From Raillietiella orientalis (lineage: Eukaryota), in assembly GCA_036172245.1 (NCBI GenBank), contig JAYWIR010000052.1:248001-312000 (forward strand): 64,000 nucleotides of DNA. The letters run 5' to 3'. Within the stretch, counting starts at the first letter, position 1; every line of letters starts with the position of its first letter. A program made the position numbers and the translations under genes. This document shows positions 49,621 to 60,636 of the stretch, piece after piece. Under the pieces are notes generated by a model, which saw nothing but the letters and a program-made list of their open reading frames with translations, was not told where the DNA came from and made no database searches.

Positions 49621-50874
49621 AATTGAATCAAGCTCTGATTACCACTCTAACTGACCACCTTGATTCAAACTGACACCACGAATAAACCAAGATTGCGTCC
49701 TTGGTAACAATCTATTGAATTGAATCCCCTTTGTAACAGTTGGAAAAATCCACTTTCCACAGTATGATCAGTATTTTACTTGTCTTCACTCGTTTGGACT
49801 TCCATTTGTCGTTACTGTGCTTCCTCAAAGTCCTTTGTGGATCATTGAGCATCGATCTCAGAGGAGGCTAAAATAATCGAGAGTTGCAATACCTCTCTGA
49901 TAAAACCATCTGCATTCACATTATTTAAAACACGAGATTAGATGTCTGTCGTCAGGGCCATAATTGCGATATTTTTGTGACGACTCCACTCGAGGTGAAA
50001 TTTCTCTCATCCTTGAATGATGTTCCGCGGTCAGAAAGCTTTTTTTTGTATTTTTTTTTTTTTACATACAACTTGTTCTTGACAGCTTCCATAACATTGA
50101 AGATGATTAGATGTAAACGTTGTTGCGATCCAAATGATTATAATGTTCAAATGGCTGGCTTATTGAGGCCTCTTGTTCAAATGAAGATTTTCGGCACCGC
50201 CTTTGAATGAGAAGCCCCAATCTGTTCTAGGGTTACTGAATGTAGATGCAAACGGATCGTCCAACATGCATTCGGTGAATCCGGAGCAAGATATGTAAAG
50301 ATAATTTTTAAAGAATGACATGGTACAGATATCGTACCCAGAAGGATGACAGTACCTTACAAAGAGAGTACGCTGTACAGCTCGTAGGCACGATCTTACT
50401 CCATTGTAAACCATCCCGTCAATCAGAGCACTACTGAAGAAACCATCCCCCTCACACATCCGCTTATGGCATTTTGTATTCACTAAGCTTTCGAATGGCG
50501 TTGGAATTTTTCTACAGTGAACCATTCTCAAGATTCTGATCTCCAAGTCTTGCTGGATCACCCTCGGATGTCTTGATCGAAGCTTCTCGAAAATTTCGAA
50601 GCTTTCCGGAACACATGGGCAATCATGTTGACTTTCCGTTTTGATTACGCGGGGCTCAAAGTTCCCTCTAATTCAAGAAATCTTAGAATCACGGCGATTT
50701 TCGACGGCAACGCAATCGAGTCTTCCGATGCATTCGGTAGGTTTCCGTAATCGTACGGAAAATACCCCAACTCAGGTGGGAACAGTGAGTCGGACGGAAT
50801 GGGTGGTCCTCGTCCCCCTGCGTTTGTTGTTTTGGGGCACAGGGAGTGCAAATCGCACGCTGCACCCACAAGAG

Positions 50875-52091
50875 ATGCCTCGCCCTGGGTACACGATTGT
50901 GGTGATGTCTGGAAAAGGAGGAGTGGGCAAATCGACAGTTGCTGTTCATTTGGCCCTGAATTTCAAAAGGATGGGAAAGACTGTTGGCATTTTAGATGTT
51001 GATCTCTGTGGGCCGTCAGTACCGAGAATGCTAGGATTGACCGAGCGACAGATTCACCAATCCCCTGAAGGGAAAGTAGCAATTTTGTTTTTACACCATG
51101 GTATCGTATCCAAATATTTTTTAAATGGTCATGTATTTCAAACGCTTATTGAGTGCACATACCGTGCTTTTATTTTATTTGTCTGCGGTAAATGAATGTC
51201 ATGTTTGGATCTCAGGTGGGTACCTGTGTATGCTGATACGGAGAAAACTTTGCAAGTTGTATCCATTCATTATTTGATGGAAAATAAAGATGAAGCTGTT
51301 GTTTGGAGAGGACCCAAAAAAACAGGTAATTAGGCAGACTGGTGTACAAATAAACTCTTGTAAGAGTTTCTATGTTGATGTTACTACATTAATATACCGG
51401 AATTCACTATTTCATTGTATTTATATGGAATTTTGTAGCTATGATCAAGCAATTTTTGGTGGATATTTGTTGGGGAAGCCTTGATTACTTGATAATTGAC
51501 ACTCCTCCGGGAACCTCAGATGAACATATATCAGTTGTTGAGCAGCTACGGTAAACTTGTCTTTCATATAATTGAGTAGCAGAATATCCATCTTTTAACA
51601 GTAAATTCTTAGACTGTAGATTCTTGAACAAAAGTGCAAGTAGTACATGTTCTTCATACATGAAATTTTCACAATAGTTTGCAGAAACAGTGTGATGGTG
51701 CCATAATTGTAACCACACCACAAGCAGTATCTGTTGATGATGCCCGTAGGGAAGTAGCATTTTGCAAGAAAGCAAAAGTCCCAATATTGGGGATTATTGA
51801 GAATATGAGTGGATACTGCTGTCCACACTGCCATGTATGTTGTCCAGAAGACATTTTTATTAACATAGTGTTCAGAATTGCTCTAACATATTCAGTTCTG
51901 GTGGTGGTGAAGAATTAGCTCAGATCACCAATGTTCCATTTTTGGGAAAAATTCCAGTGAATCCTTTGCATTACCAGACAGAAATTGCATCTGCGGTTCA
52001 AGATGGTCTGGAAATTGCTGCTATTGCACACAAACTGCTTGATATAACAGATACCTCCAAAAATCAATCTAATGCTCAATCAGTGAAATAA
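50875..52091 (+). CDS. NUBP2: Cytosolic Fe-S cluster assembly factor NUBP2/Cfd1 (Mrp/NBP35 P-loop NTPase), about 263 aa
   Basis: Exons: 50875-51071, 51216-51325, 51439-51550, 51678-51834, 51876-52091. Motifs [36 protein letters not shown] and [11 protein letters not shown]. It lacks the N-terminal Cys cluster of NUBP1. The intron 1 donor is non-canonical (see findings). Confidence 0.93.
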
Positions 52092-53020
52092 AATCAACTG
52101 AAATTTATGATCTGTATGAACTTATTCACTGGCAATTCTCAATAAACTATGTTCATTTAAGTTGACTTTTTATTTATTACAGGTGCTTAAGGCTTGTTCC
52201 GATTGGCATGCCTGAGTTTGAGAGGAGCAGTTCTCTAACAACAGTATAATTCTGTAATGAATTTCAACATTACGAACATTTTAGTGATCGCGATTTTTCA
52301 AATGTCCATTTGTTTTCCTTTTTCCTTAATATTGACTTATTTGCACATAATTTTTCAAAACATTCATCAAATAATGAGCGCAGCTTTTGTCTCAATCAGC
52401 ATTGTCTTTAAACGGGACTATCTTTATTATGTCAACAATAAAGCAAATGATCTAAGGCTTTTTTAATTAGATTCATGCAGTTAAATGCAAATGCTGCAAA
52501 ATCACCCAGATTGCTCACGTGATATTTATAAGATATTCATTTGGGGAAAACTCTTGTTTAAATTTAGGTGCATCACTTAATTTACAGGTTAAATTAGTTA
52601 TTTCAATACACACCTTTTCTAATAAAACCAAGGCATATATTGGATTTGATTCAAAGTCCCTATGATAGCATTTTATCCTGTGTACTTCAATAATGAACTT
52701 TTCACAAGTTGAAGTTCATGTTACGTGCCTGCTTTGCTGAATGGTCTTTTTGTGCAACCAAAGTTCCTAGCTACAAGATAGAAATTTCAAATTTGCAGTT
52801 TACGGTAACAGATAAATAAACTACTTGCTGGTGGTTAAAGCATAAATACAAAACCTTAACCAATAAAATAACACATGCAAAATGGCTTTCGAAATACCAT
52901 TCCCTAACACTATGCTTCCCCTTCTGATGCTTCACTCATTTTTATAATGACATTACATAAACTGCTTCCTGACAATTCCACCAATGGCCAAGCGTTTATT
53001 CACACATCCTTGTAAGATTT

Positions 53021-53053
53021 ATTGAAGGCAGAGGCAGAGCCTCTGCCTTCAAT
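53021..53053. repeat. Perfect 15-bp inverted repeat with 3-nt loop
   Basis: attgaaggcagaggc-aga-gcctctgccttcaat. Confidence 0.9.
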
Positions 53054-55935
53054 TGAATTTAAATAAGTAAGGGAGAAAATAATCACCAATGTGGCCTCTG
53101 AGCTTTAGAGAAGATTTGAAAAATTTAAGATTTTTGTTTCAAGATCTGCATTTTTTGGAGTGATGGGTGCACTGCTTGAATTTCGTTATAATGCTATGGT
53201 TAATTTTATTTGGTTTTTGCCGATTTTGCTATCTTGTCTTTCGGAATCTGTTACGTTTGTTTATTAATCACCAAAACAATTTTCATTGCTGAATGATCCA
53301 ATTACGTAAAACAGTACGCACAATTGAGAAATTCCTTTGGTTTGAAGATAAATACAAACACAAATGATAATGACGCCTTTTATAAGGCTTACTTTTTGTT
53401 TTTTGCATTCTGGGATGCAAGGATAGAAGCACTTTTCCCGTGTGAGCGCACAAACGAAAGTTCGTCAGCAAATCGAATTTTGTACCAAATGTACAGGAAG
53501 GAGTGCCACATCCCTAAGATATAGGAAAGAGGAAATTTTCCCTATAAAATGTGCAATGTGGTTGTAAGAATTGCTTTATGCACATAAGAATGGTAAAAAT
53601 AAGACTCTAATTCCAGGTTATTTCGACATAAAGCAGCAAAGGGTAGACATCGCCAAGGAACTGAAATGTGAAAGCCAAGACTTCATCCTGTGCATCCATT
53701 ATGCAAAATATCACCAGGATTACTTGTATAACCATCCAGTACATCCATCCAGAGAGTCAATTCTAATCCGGCTTAGCAGGAACTCACCAAATTAAGCTTG
53801 GAATTGCTGTTGAGCAGGTGATCAGTGTACATGGGGTTTCATTCAGTGTGCTCAATCAGCTAGCCTTACTGATAGAGATTCTAAACTTTCTTGAAAGCTT
53901 CAATAGTCACTTCCACCTGACACTGTACATTGATATCACAACTCTACCTTACAGAAAACTGTTTCTGGTTTCTGTAAAACCAGCAGCCATACTCATGCTG
54001 TCTCATGCATGCAATATTGACTACCGAAAATTTATAATAGTCTGGTATGGAGTGTTGTATTTTCCCGAGCTTTTAAGTGAGTTTTTAAAAAAATTGCATT
54101 TACTGGATCAGATATTTGCAACTTTAGTGAGATATTTACACTTTCAGACCACCATATAATTTTTAGTCCTGACGATTTTAAACACTTGGGAGTTTGACGT
54201 CAATGGAAATAAACTAGCATGGCACAAAAAGGTTTACACTAATCGATTCAAGTCATCGACGAAAATTCTTTTTTTACGTTTTGAAAAAAGGTGTCGATTT
54301 ATGAGATATAAATATCTCCAGTTTGATCTTCAATCAGAGAATTGTAACTTAGTTAAATGAATGTTAGGAACATATCTATAATATATCTTGTCGCATCTAC
54401 CTTTCCCCAGCCCAATGAGAACCGGAATAGTTAGTTCAAAGTGCAATCTACAAACAGAAAAGGGGAACAAAACAAACCCCTATAGCATTTTTTTTAAGTC
54501 TCGTTTCCTCGTTCTGGGGTTACTTATGGAGTTTTTCTTTTCCTGGAGAGCACGTCTTCTATTTCCCATATCTGTTTAACGATCCATACCTGAGGATCCG
54601 TCTATATTGCTTCCCTTCTCTTCTGCATATCTCTTCGCGAGAAAACTCAGAAGTGTGCTATCTGATAATTCCCCCTTGAGACGCTCAACAGTGCTCTGGT
54701 TCTGAAAATGTGTTTTTTTTTTCCCTTCAGAAAGTTAGCTGTGCTCTTCCGCTTCGAGAGAGAGAAGGTTCCCTTACTGCTTGGAAGATTCGACAGGTTG
54801 TGTTCTGTAGGGAGAACGAGAGGTTCCTACGTTTGATTGAAAGCAGACTGAGAATTGGGAACACGTGTCCACGCTGAGTCAGCTCGAACAGAGAAGCCAA
54901 AGGCAGACTCGATGTAGCACAGAAGAAAACGACCCGTGTCGAACTTCAATCGAGACAAGCCACTAGTAACTATGCCTGATATGCACTGGGCAAGAATCCG
55001 ATACATCCAAGACGCTAGGCAACAGCACAGTAAAATCGAAAAGGAAACCGCAAGAAATCAGTCCCTTTTCAGATTGCTGAAAGGCCAAAGGCAGATGAAG
55101 TAGACGATTCTCCACAGAAACTGGATTTGTTGTAAAAGTCAACACTTTCCGGTGTCATTCAAGTTTGAGCTGAATGTATACAGATATTGCCTTCCATCTC
55201 CCAAGGTGCTGATGTATCAATATATTCGCATTATATGAACGCACTCAAATGCTCATGTAGGTAACCCAAGTTTGTCTTAGCATAAGGTGCCTGAAATAAT
55301 TCTGAGGCAAAATATGTAACTGCTGAAATTTGGAGGCATTCGAAATTATCCTGCCTAGGGACCCTTGAGCAACAGAAAAAACCTGAAAACTTGGATATCA
55401 TTTAAATTTATTAAACTACTGGCAACAAAAGATTGCTTTCCCGATAACACTTGCTATGCATTGTTCTCGAAGATTTGTGTCTCTCCCATGATTTCACCAT
55501 ACTTCATACTTCATGATCCAATTGCCATGAACTTTTATAGCAAACATAAGCAAAAGGCAAGACATGAGAATTCCGATGATATTCAGTAATTTATTGTCTC
55601 TTCCGAACATACTGCTCCGATAACTGCTCAATCTAAAACGAGAACAATCACTAGTGATGATGGGAACTAAATGTTTAAGATGCATCCTTCAACTAAAAAA
55701 TGGGGTGTTTGATTTCCTTTTCTATTCTTATGCAATAAATAAATTGATTGTGCTCAAGTTTTTCATTTTATCAGGAGAAAAGTGCCATAATTCTTTTGTT
55801 TTTTTTTTACCACGTTAGCAAATGAACTGGTTCAAGTTTATGACAGAAATGAACAGTGAAACAAAAACATAAACTTCTAATACATGAATGTGCACTGGAT
55901 ATGGATACATACTTCATGCTTATGATCTGAAGGAC

Positions 55936-57720
55936 TCAGGATGGTTCCGTGGCTTCACTTTCTTTATCCTGCAATTCCTTTTCCTATGGATGAATTCAAG
56001 TTAATAATAACTACACTTCCACAAAAACTTTACCTGAGACAAAAATTCAGCTAAGCTTCTCCCCTGACACACAGAAGCAACATAAAGCAAATCTGAAGGT
56101 ACTCCATACTGACTGTGTTCAGTGGGTTGTATCCCTGAATTCTCCCGTAAACAGCGGAAAGTAGGAACTTCTTGAAAGCCTTCATTTAACTCTTCCCAGG
56201 AAAATAGCAAGGAATCAGTCCAGAGTTCCCAAGGGTTAAAATCAACTAAGTATAATCGTCCACGTTCCTCACAAATGTCAAAAGTGTCTACAGCAAAGTT
56301 AAAAGTCAATCACCGCTGGCATAACTACATTACAATGACTGCAGGGAAATTTCTGTACGATGTTTTCTTCAAAAAACTGAGATATTCTTCTAATAATGCG
56401 TGTTTCTTCTTGAATCAGATATGGGTAGAATGCTCGGACATGCCTTTGAGTGATACCTGCTCAAATAAAAGTAGTTACATGTTATGACTTACCTATAAGA
56501 CATTTATCTTTCACAAAACATCGGAACTCAGTTGATGGGCAAACATCCATCCATTTCTTCAGTACCATGATGTATTGCACTTGCAAGTTATCTCCTCCTA
56601 CACAATGCTACAAAGCAAATTGCAAATTTTCTACAGAACACCAGGCAAATTCAATGAATTCATGTTATCCCTGCATAAAGGAAAGACAAAGTAATACCCA
56701 GGGAACAACTCTTGTCATTAATTTACATGAAATCATAAACTATGGAGATGGAAATTTTGTTTCTAACAAGAATGTTGATGCATACATTCATACTGTTCTT
56801 TGGCAATACCTTCAGGTACTAGTGATATCAAACAGAAAAAGAAACAGAAACAGTGCCTAATTATGAAAACTGGAAAGAACACAAAACATCAAACTCAATC
56901 ACTGAAAGCCATACTATATTTAAACAAATGTAACCATCTGTGTTAACATTCCACATCACAATTACAATGGGGAAAGGTTTCAATCCTACCTCAAATGGGT
57001 TCTGCAGGTCTTTCAGTACAAATTGTGAACTCTTTAATAAGAGAAATATATCGTCTGCTGAAGTGCACTTAAGGGAACGATTGTGTGCAACCCAAGTAGC
57101 ATCCTAAAGAATGGAGTAAAACCTTGTATTAATGCAACAAAATCATTTTAAATAACAGGGTATTAGTTAAAGTTCGATGTGGATTCTACTAGTGTATTAC
57201 CTTTGGGGAACTCCAGTTGAGTTTAGGAAAACAGCAATTGCCCAATTCCACGATTACATCGGCGATTCTCTCGGAAATACTCTTCAGGGAACTCTTCTAG
57301 CGATGAAAAAAACTTGCAAACACAATTTCGAAACGTGTGTTCGGTCAATGATTTTAAAATAAATACCGTAATCGGATGTGCAAATACAGTATCAATGGAA
57401 TCATGAGAATGACTTCCTTGTTTGGTTTTGTTAATTTAAGATATTTACATAGTTGATTATAGGATCAAGGGTTTACGTACCACATCATCAGTGGTTGGCC
57501 AGTTTCCATTAATGATATCAGAAGGCAGCAACAGAGGTCCATCATCACGTAGGTAGTCGTACACGGTTTCTGTGATGGGTATTGATGTTCTTTAAAACCA
57601 ACGTGTAATCATGCACGGTCATTATTTTACATACCCAGGGATGGTTACATTCTTGAACAGGAAAAACCAAGAATCAAACGAACACCTCAAAACATCTTCA
57701 CTGTTTGGGGTGTACACCAT
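55936..57720 (-). CDS. CDC123: Cell division cycle protein 123 homolog (D123, eIF2 assembly factor), about 314 aa
   Basis: Exons: 57720-57635, 57589-57481, 57296-57201, 57103-56990, 56607-56493, 56456-56334, 56287-56034, 55983-55936 (945 nt, GT-AG). Motifs CSFDSW, FPKLNWSSPKDATW, IFLLLKSS, EFRCFVK, ITQR and VDFNPW..TDSLLFSWEEL. Confidence 0.95.
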
Positions 57721-59250
57721 TTCAGTCACTAACAGCAGAAAGCTTCATAGGATGCATCAAAATTTTGAAAAAGCAGTATGCTCAACTGATCACTTCCAAT
57801 TCCCAAATTAGCGTACAAGGTAATACAGCTAAACCATAATTACCACGTTTTCATACTGGGAAGGAGTTTCACTAAAACATTTCCAAAGCGCAACGTATGC
57901 CGGTGTTCAATTTCAGTTAAGTTGACGGAGGCAAACAAGCAAAAAGTCGTTTGCGTGCGACATGGGGCATAGTAATCTCCCTCGCTACGCAACTCCTAAA
58001 AAAACACGAATCGCGAACGATTGTGTCCTTTAGAATCCTCAAATGGTTGCTTTTTTGTGATGTTGCTCTGTGGACACGGTCTTGCAGCTGAATGACCCAA
58101 GCTGCGATTTTCGGACGTTGATACAATCAGGATGTATGCTGAGACCACTGCAAGAGCATTCCTGCTACTTGTTTCCACGCGTTTTCGATATTTTGCAGAA
58201 AAGAATTATGGGAAGCAGAAAAATGAATACACGTCATCAGGAGTGCCTTTGACAACATACCTAATCTCATTCTGCAATTCTCGTTTTTCATTGTTTATAG
58301 ACGAGAAAAATGTCGAGAAAAATTAGTATCAATAGTGAATCGACGTAGTACAAATATATATAATGTTGGTATAGCTCTCATTAGCCATTCACTTTCGAGC
58401 AAAACATTTATAATGAATAGGCGCGGCATTTTTCGCGGTAAAATCAGATAGCTATAAATGGGAGTTTCCTTATAAGGAAAGTAATAAAATGCTCACATAT
58501 AGTTTACCAACTCAGCTGGATCTGTGGTTAAAAATACTGGCTGATTAATAATGAACCCAATAAATCATTATCAACATTAAACACAAATATGCATTCAGAC
58601 AGTAAACTATCTCTAAAAACTGTGAATCAGAATGAATTGCTGGAACTATGAAGTTCCATCTGAATAATCAAATCCTGAATGAGAATGAAACTATTTTTAT
58701 TCTTTTCCAACGTATGCCTTCCTCCTCACAGGAGCGAGTGGAATTCTTTGAAAACACAGAGTATAAACACACAAAGGAAATGCACGATTCGCTAGGGATT
58801 TGCATTTCACAAGAGACTTTTAAAGCAATGTTTTTTTCTTAAGAGCAACAACAATGAAGACTGTCTAAAATTTTGCATGCGAATTATGCATGTCAATTAA
58901 ACAGTCTGCATGGTTTTAGTGCCTTTGATGAAAGCTCGCAAGGAAAAAGCAAACTATGGCTATCTTTTATTGACCCTAGTGGACTAGAGTCCAAGTCTCG
59001 AGTTACGTTCTATTCTGTAGGTCAGCATAACCCAAGAGGACTTCCTCAAGTTTCAATCCCATGTCCTGGTACTGTTAGTTTATTTTAAGCCTAAGGGACT
59101 CGTAGATTTTTTCATTTTGTTTGATTTTCTTCTGGAGGCGATGTGTGTGCACTTCAGGAGATGAGCTTAACAGTAAATAATAACCGACGAAGTGCTGTTT
59201 TTAGAGGAATACATAGAGTGCTTCCCTGATTGCACGACTTCCCATCGCAG

Positions 59251-59358
59251 TAAATCGCATGAGAGAAAATTTGTTCAGAGTGTTGAAGGAAAAGGAAACT
59301 TGAGAGCCCTTAAGGAAAGGTGTTGGTGCTAATCTCGAAGATAGAGATTAATGAAAAT
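59251..59358 (+). repeat. 108-bp direct repeat, left copy (putative target-site duplication)
   Basis: Identical to 60529-60636 except for 3 substitutions. Confidence 0.95.
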
Positions 59359-60528
59359 AGAAAATTTATTGAGCATTTGGGTTATTACAATAACTATTGC
59401 TGGAATGGCTCTGGAGAATCTTTTACGAATGATGTTTCCTCCATGTTCTTCACGGTTCCTCGGTGCTCTCTTCCGGGGTTAGAGCATGGTCCAGATCGTC
59501 TGGTTGGGCTGCATTTTTCCTTCTTACATGTGTTGCATAGATGCTACTTGAGAAGCGGATGCAGGTGGCCATCATCCGCTGTCGTAGCCTTATCAGCTTC
59601 TTCGGAATTCCTAGGTATTCTAGAACGTTGTCGTTTTCGGGATCCCATGCTCCAGGTGGACCGACAAGGATCGCCTGCACTTTGGTTATTTTCCCAGTGT
59701 TCTGAGTTGCATGGCGACATCATGGTATCTGGCCTCCTTTATTTTCCTAGACGTGGTGGACGCCTCCTTTCCGTTTTCAAATGGGCAGGAGATGTCCAGC
59801 ACACCTATTCGATCGTTTTCTTCTAAAACCAGGTTTGCTTTTAGGGTGGAGTTGGTTCCTGGCACTCTGCGATTACTTGACACCAGAGTCCACTTGGCTT
59901 CATCGATTGCGGCCTTCTTGATAATTTCCAAGATAGCATCATGGCGCTGCATCGTCAGAGGAGTGTGCTTTTTACATCGCCTCTTCACAGAGTGCAAGGA
60001 AGCAAACGAGAGCGATTCCCCTGCGGGAAGCTACAACGCCCCTTCTGAAATTCGGAAGCGTCCTTTCGGGGTTCTCTTCAGAGCAGGAAGCAGGAGCGGT
60101 TCCCTTGCGGGTTCCCTAAGGAGAAGATGAAATGGAGAGGACCACCCCCCTTCCGGGGTGCTCCCTCTGGAGAGAATGAGGAAGGGGATTCCCTTCGGAG
60201 ACAACCAGGGTAGGAGATGCGATCCCCTTGAAGGGAGATCCCTCCCCAAGCGTGAGAGGAACGGACTTCGAGCCTTCCTGGATTCATAGGGCGGAATCCC
60301 CCTTCCGGGGTGCCCCCTATCTTGAAGAATAACACGCACCCTCCGCGTGTGGCGTGGAGCAGTGTTAAAGAGCCATGTGCGCCGCGAAGCACACGACCGG
60401 TTCTTGAGGTACTTAGCGTACCAAAACAAAGAAAACCTGCAAATGAATTCCTGCAAAAAATGCTGGAAGGGAAAAAACAGCGAAGACAGAAAAGAACCCA
60501 AAAGGATTTCCATCAATTGAAATCACAA
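59359..60528 (-). mobile_element. RT-less non-LTR retroelement with a NeSL/Utopia-like restriction-like endonuclease (RLE) C-terminus
   Basis: QRHDAIL...LKANLVL...VLDISCPFEN...KEARY, then after a frameshift AILVGPPGAWDPEND...IRFSSSIYATH. AATAAA on the minus strand at about 59365-59370 abuts the repeat. The 5' part (60010-60515) is hairpin repeat copy 3. Confidence 0.85.
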
Positions 60529-60636
60529 TAAATCGCATGAGAGAAAATTTGTTCAGCGTGTTGAAGGAAAAGGAAACTTGAGAGCCCTTAAGGAAAGATA
60601 TTGGTGCTAATCTCGAAGATAGAGATTAATGAAAAT
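60529..60636 (+). repeat. 108-bp direct repeat, right copy
   Basis: Matches 59251-59358. Confidence 0.95.

Noticed and set aside
55258..55276. acccaagtttg resembling nematode SL1 (also ggttttaaccc on the minus strand near 61140)
   Set aside because: Only 10-11 nt match, with no following donor or Sm site, so probably chance.
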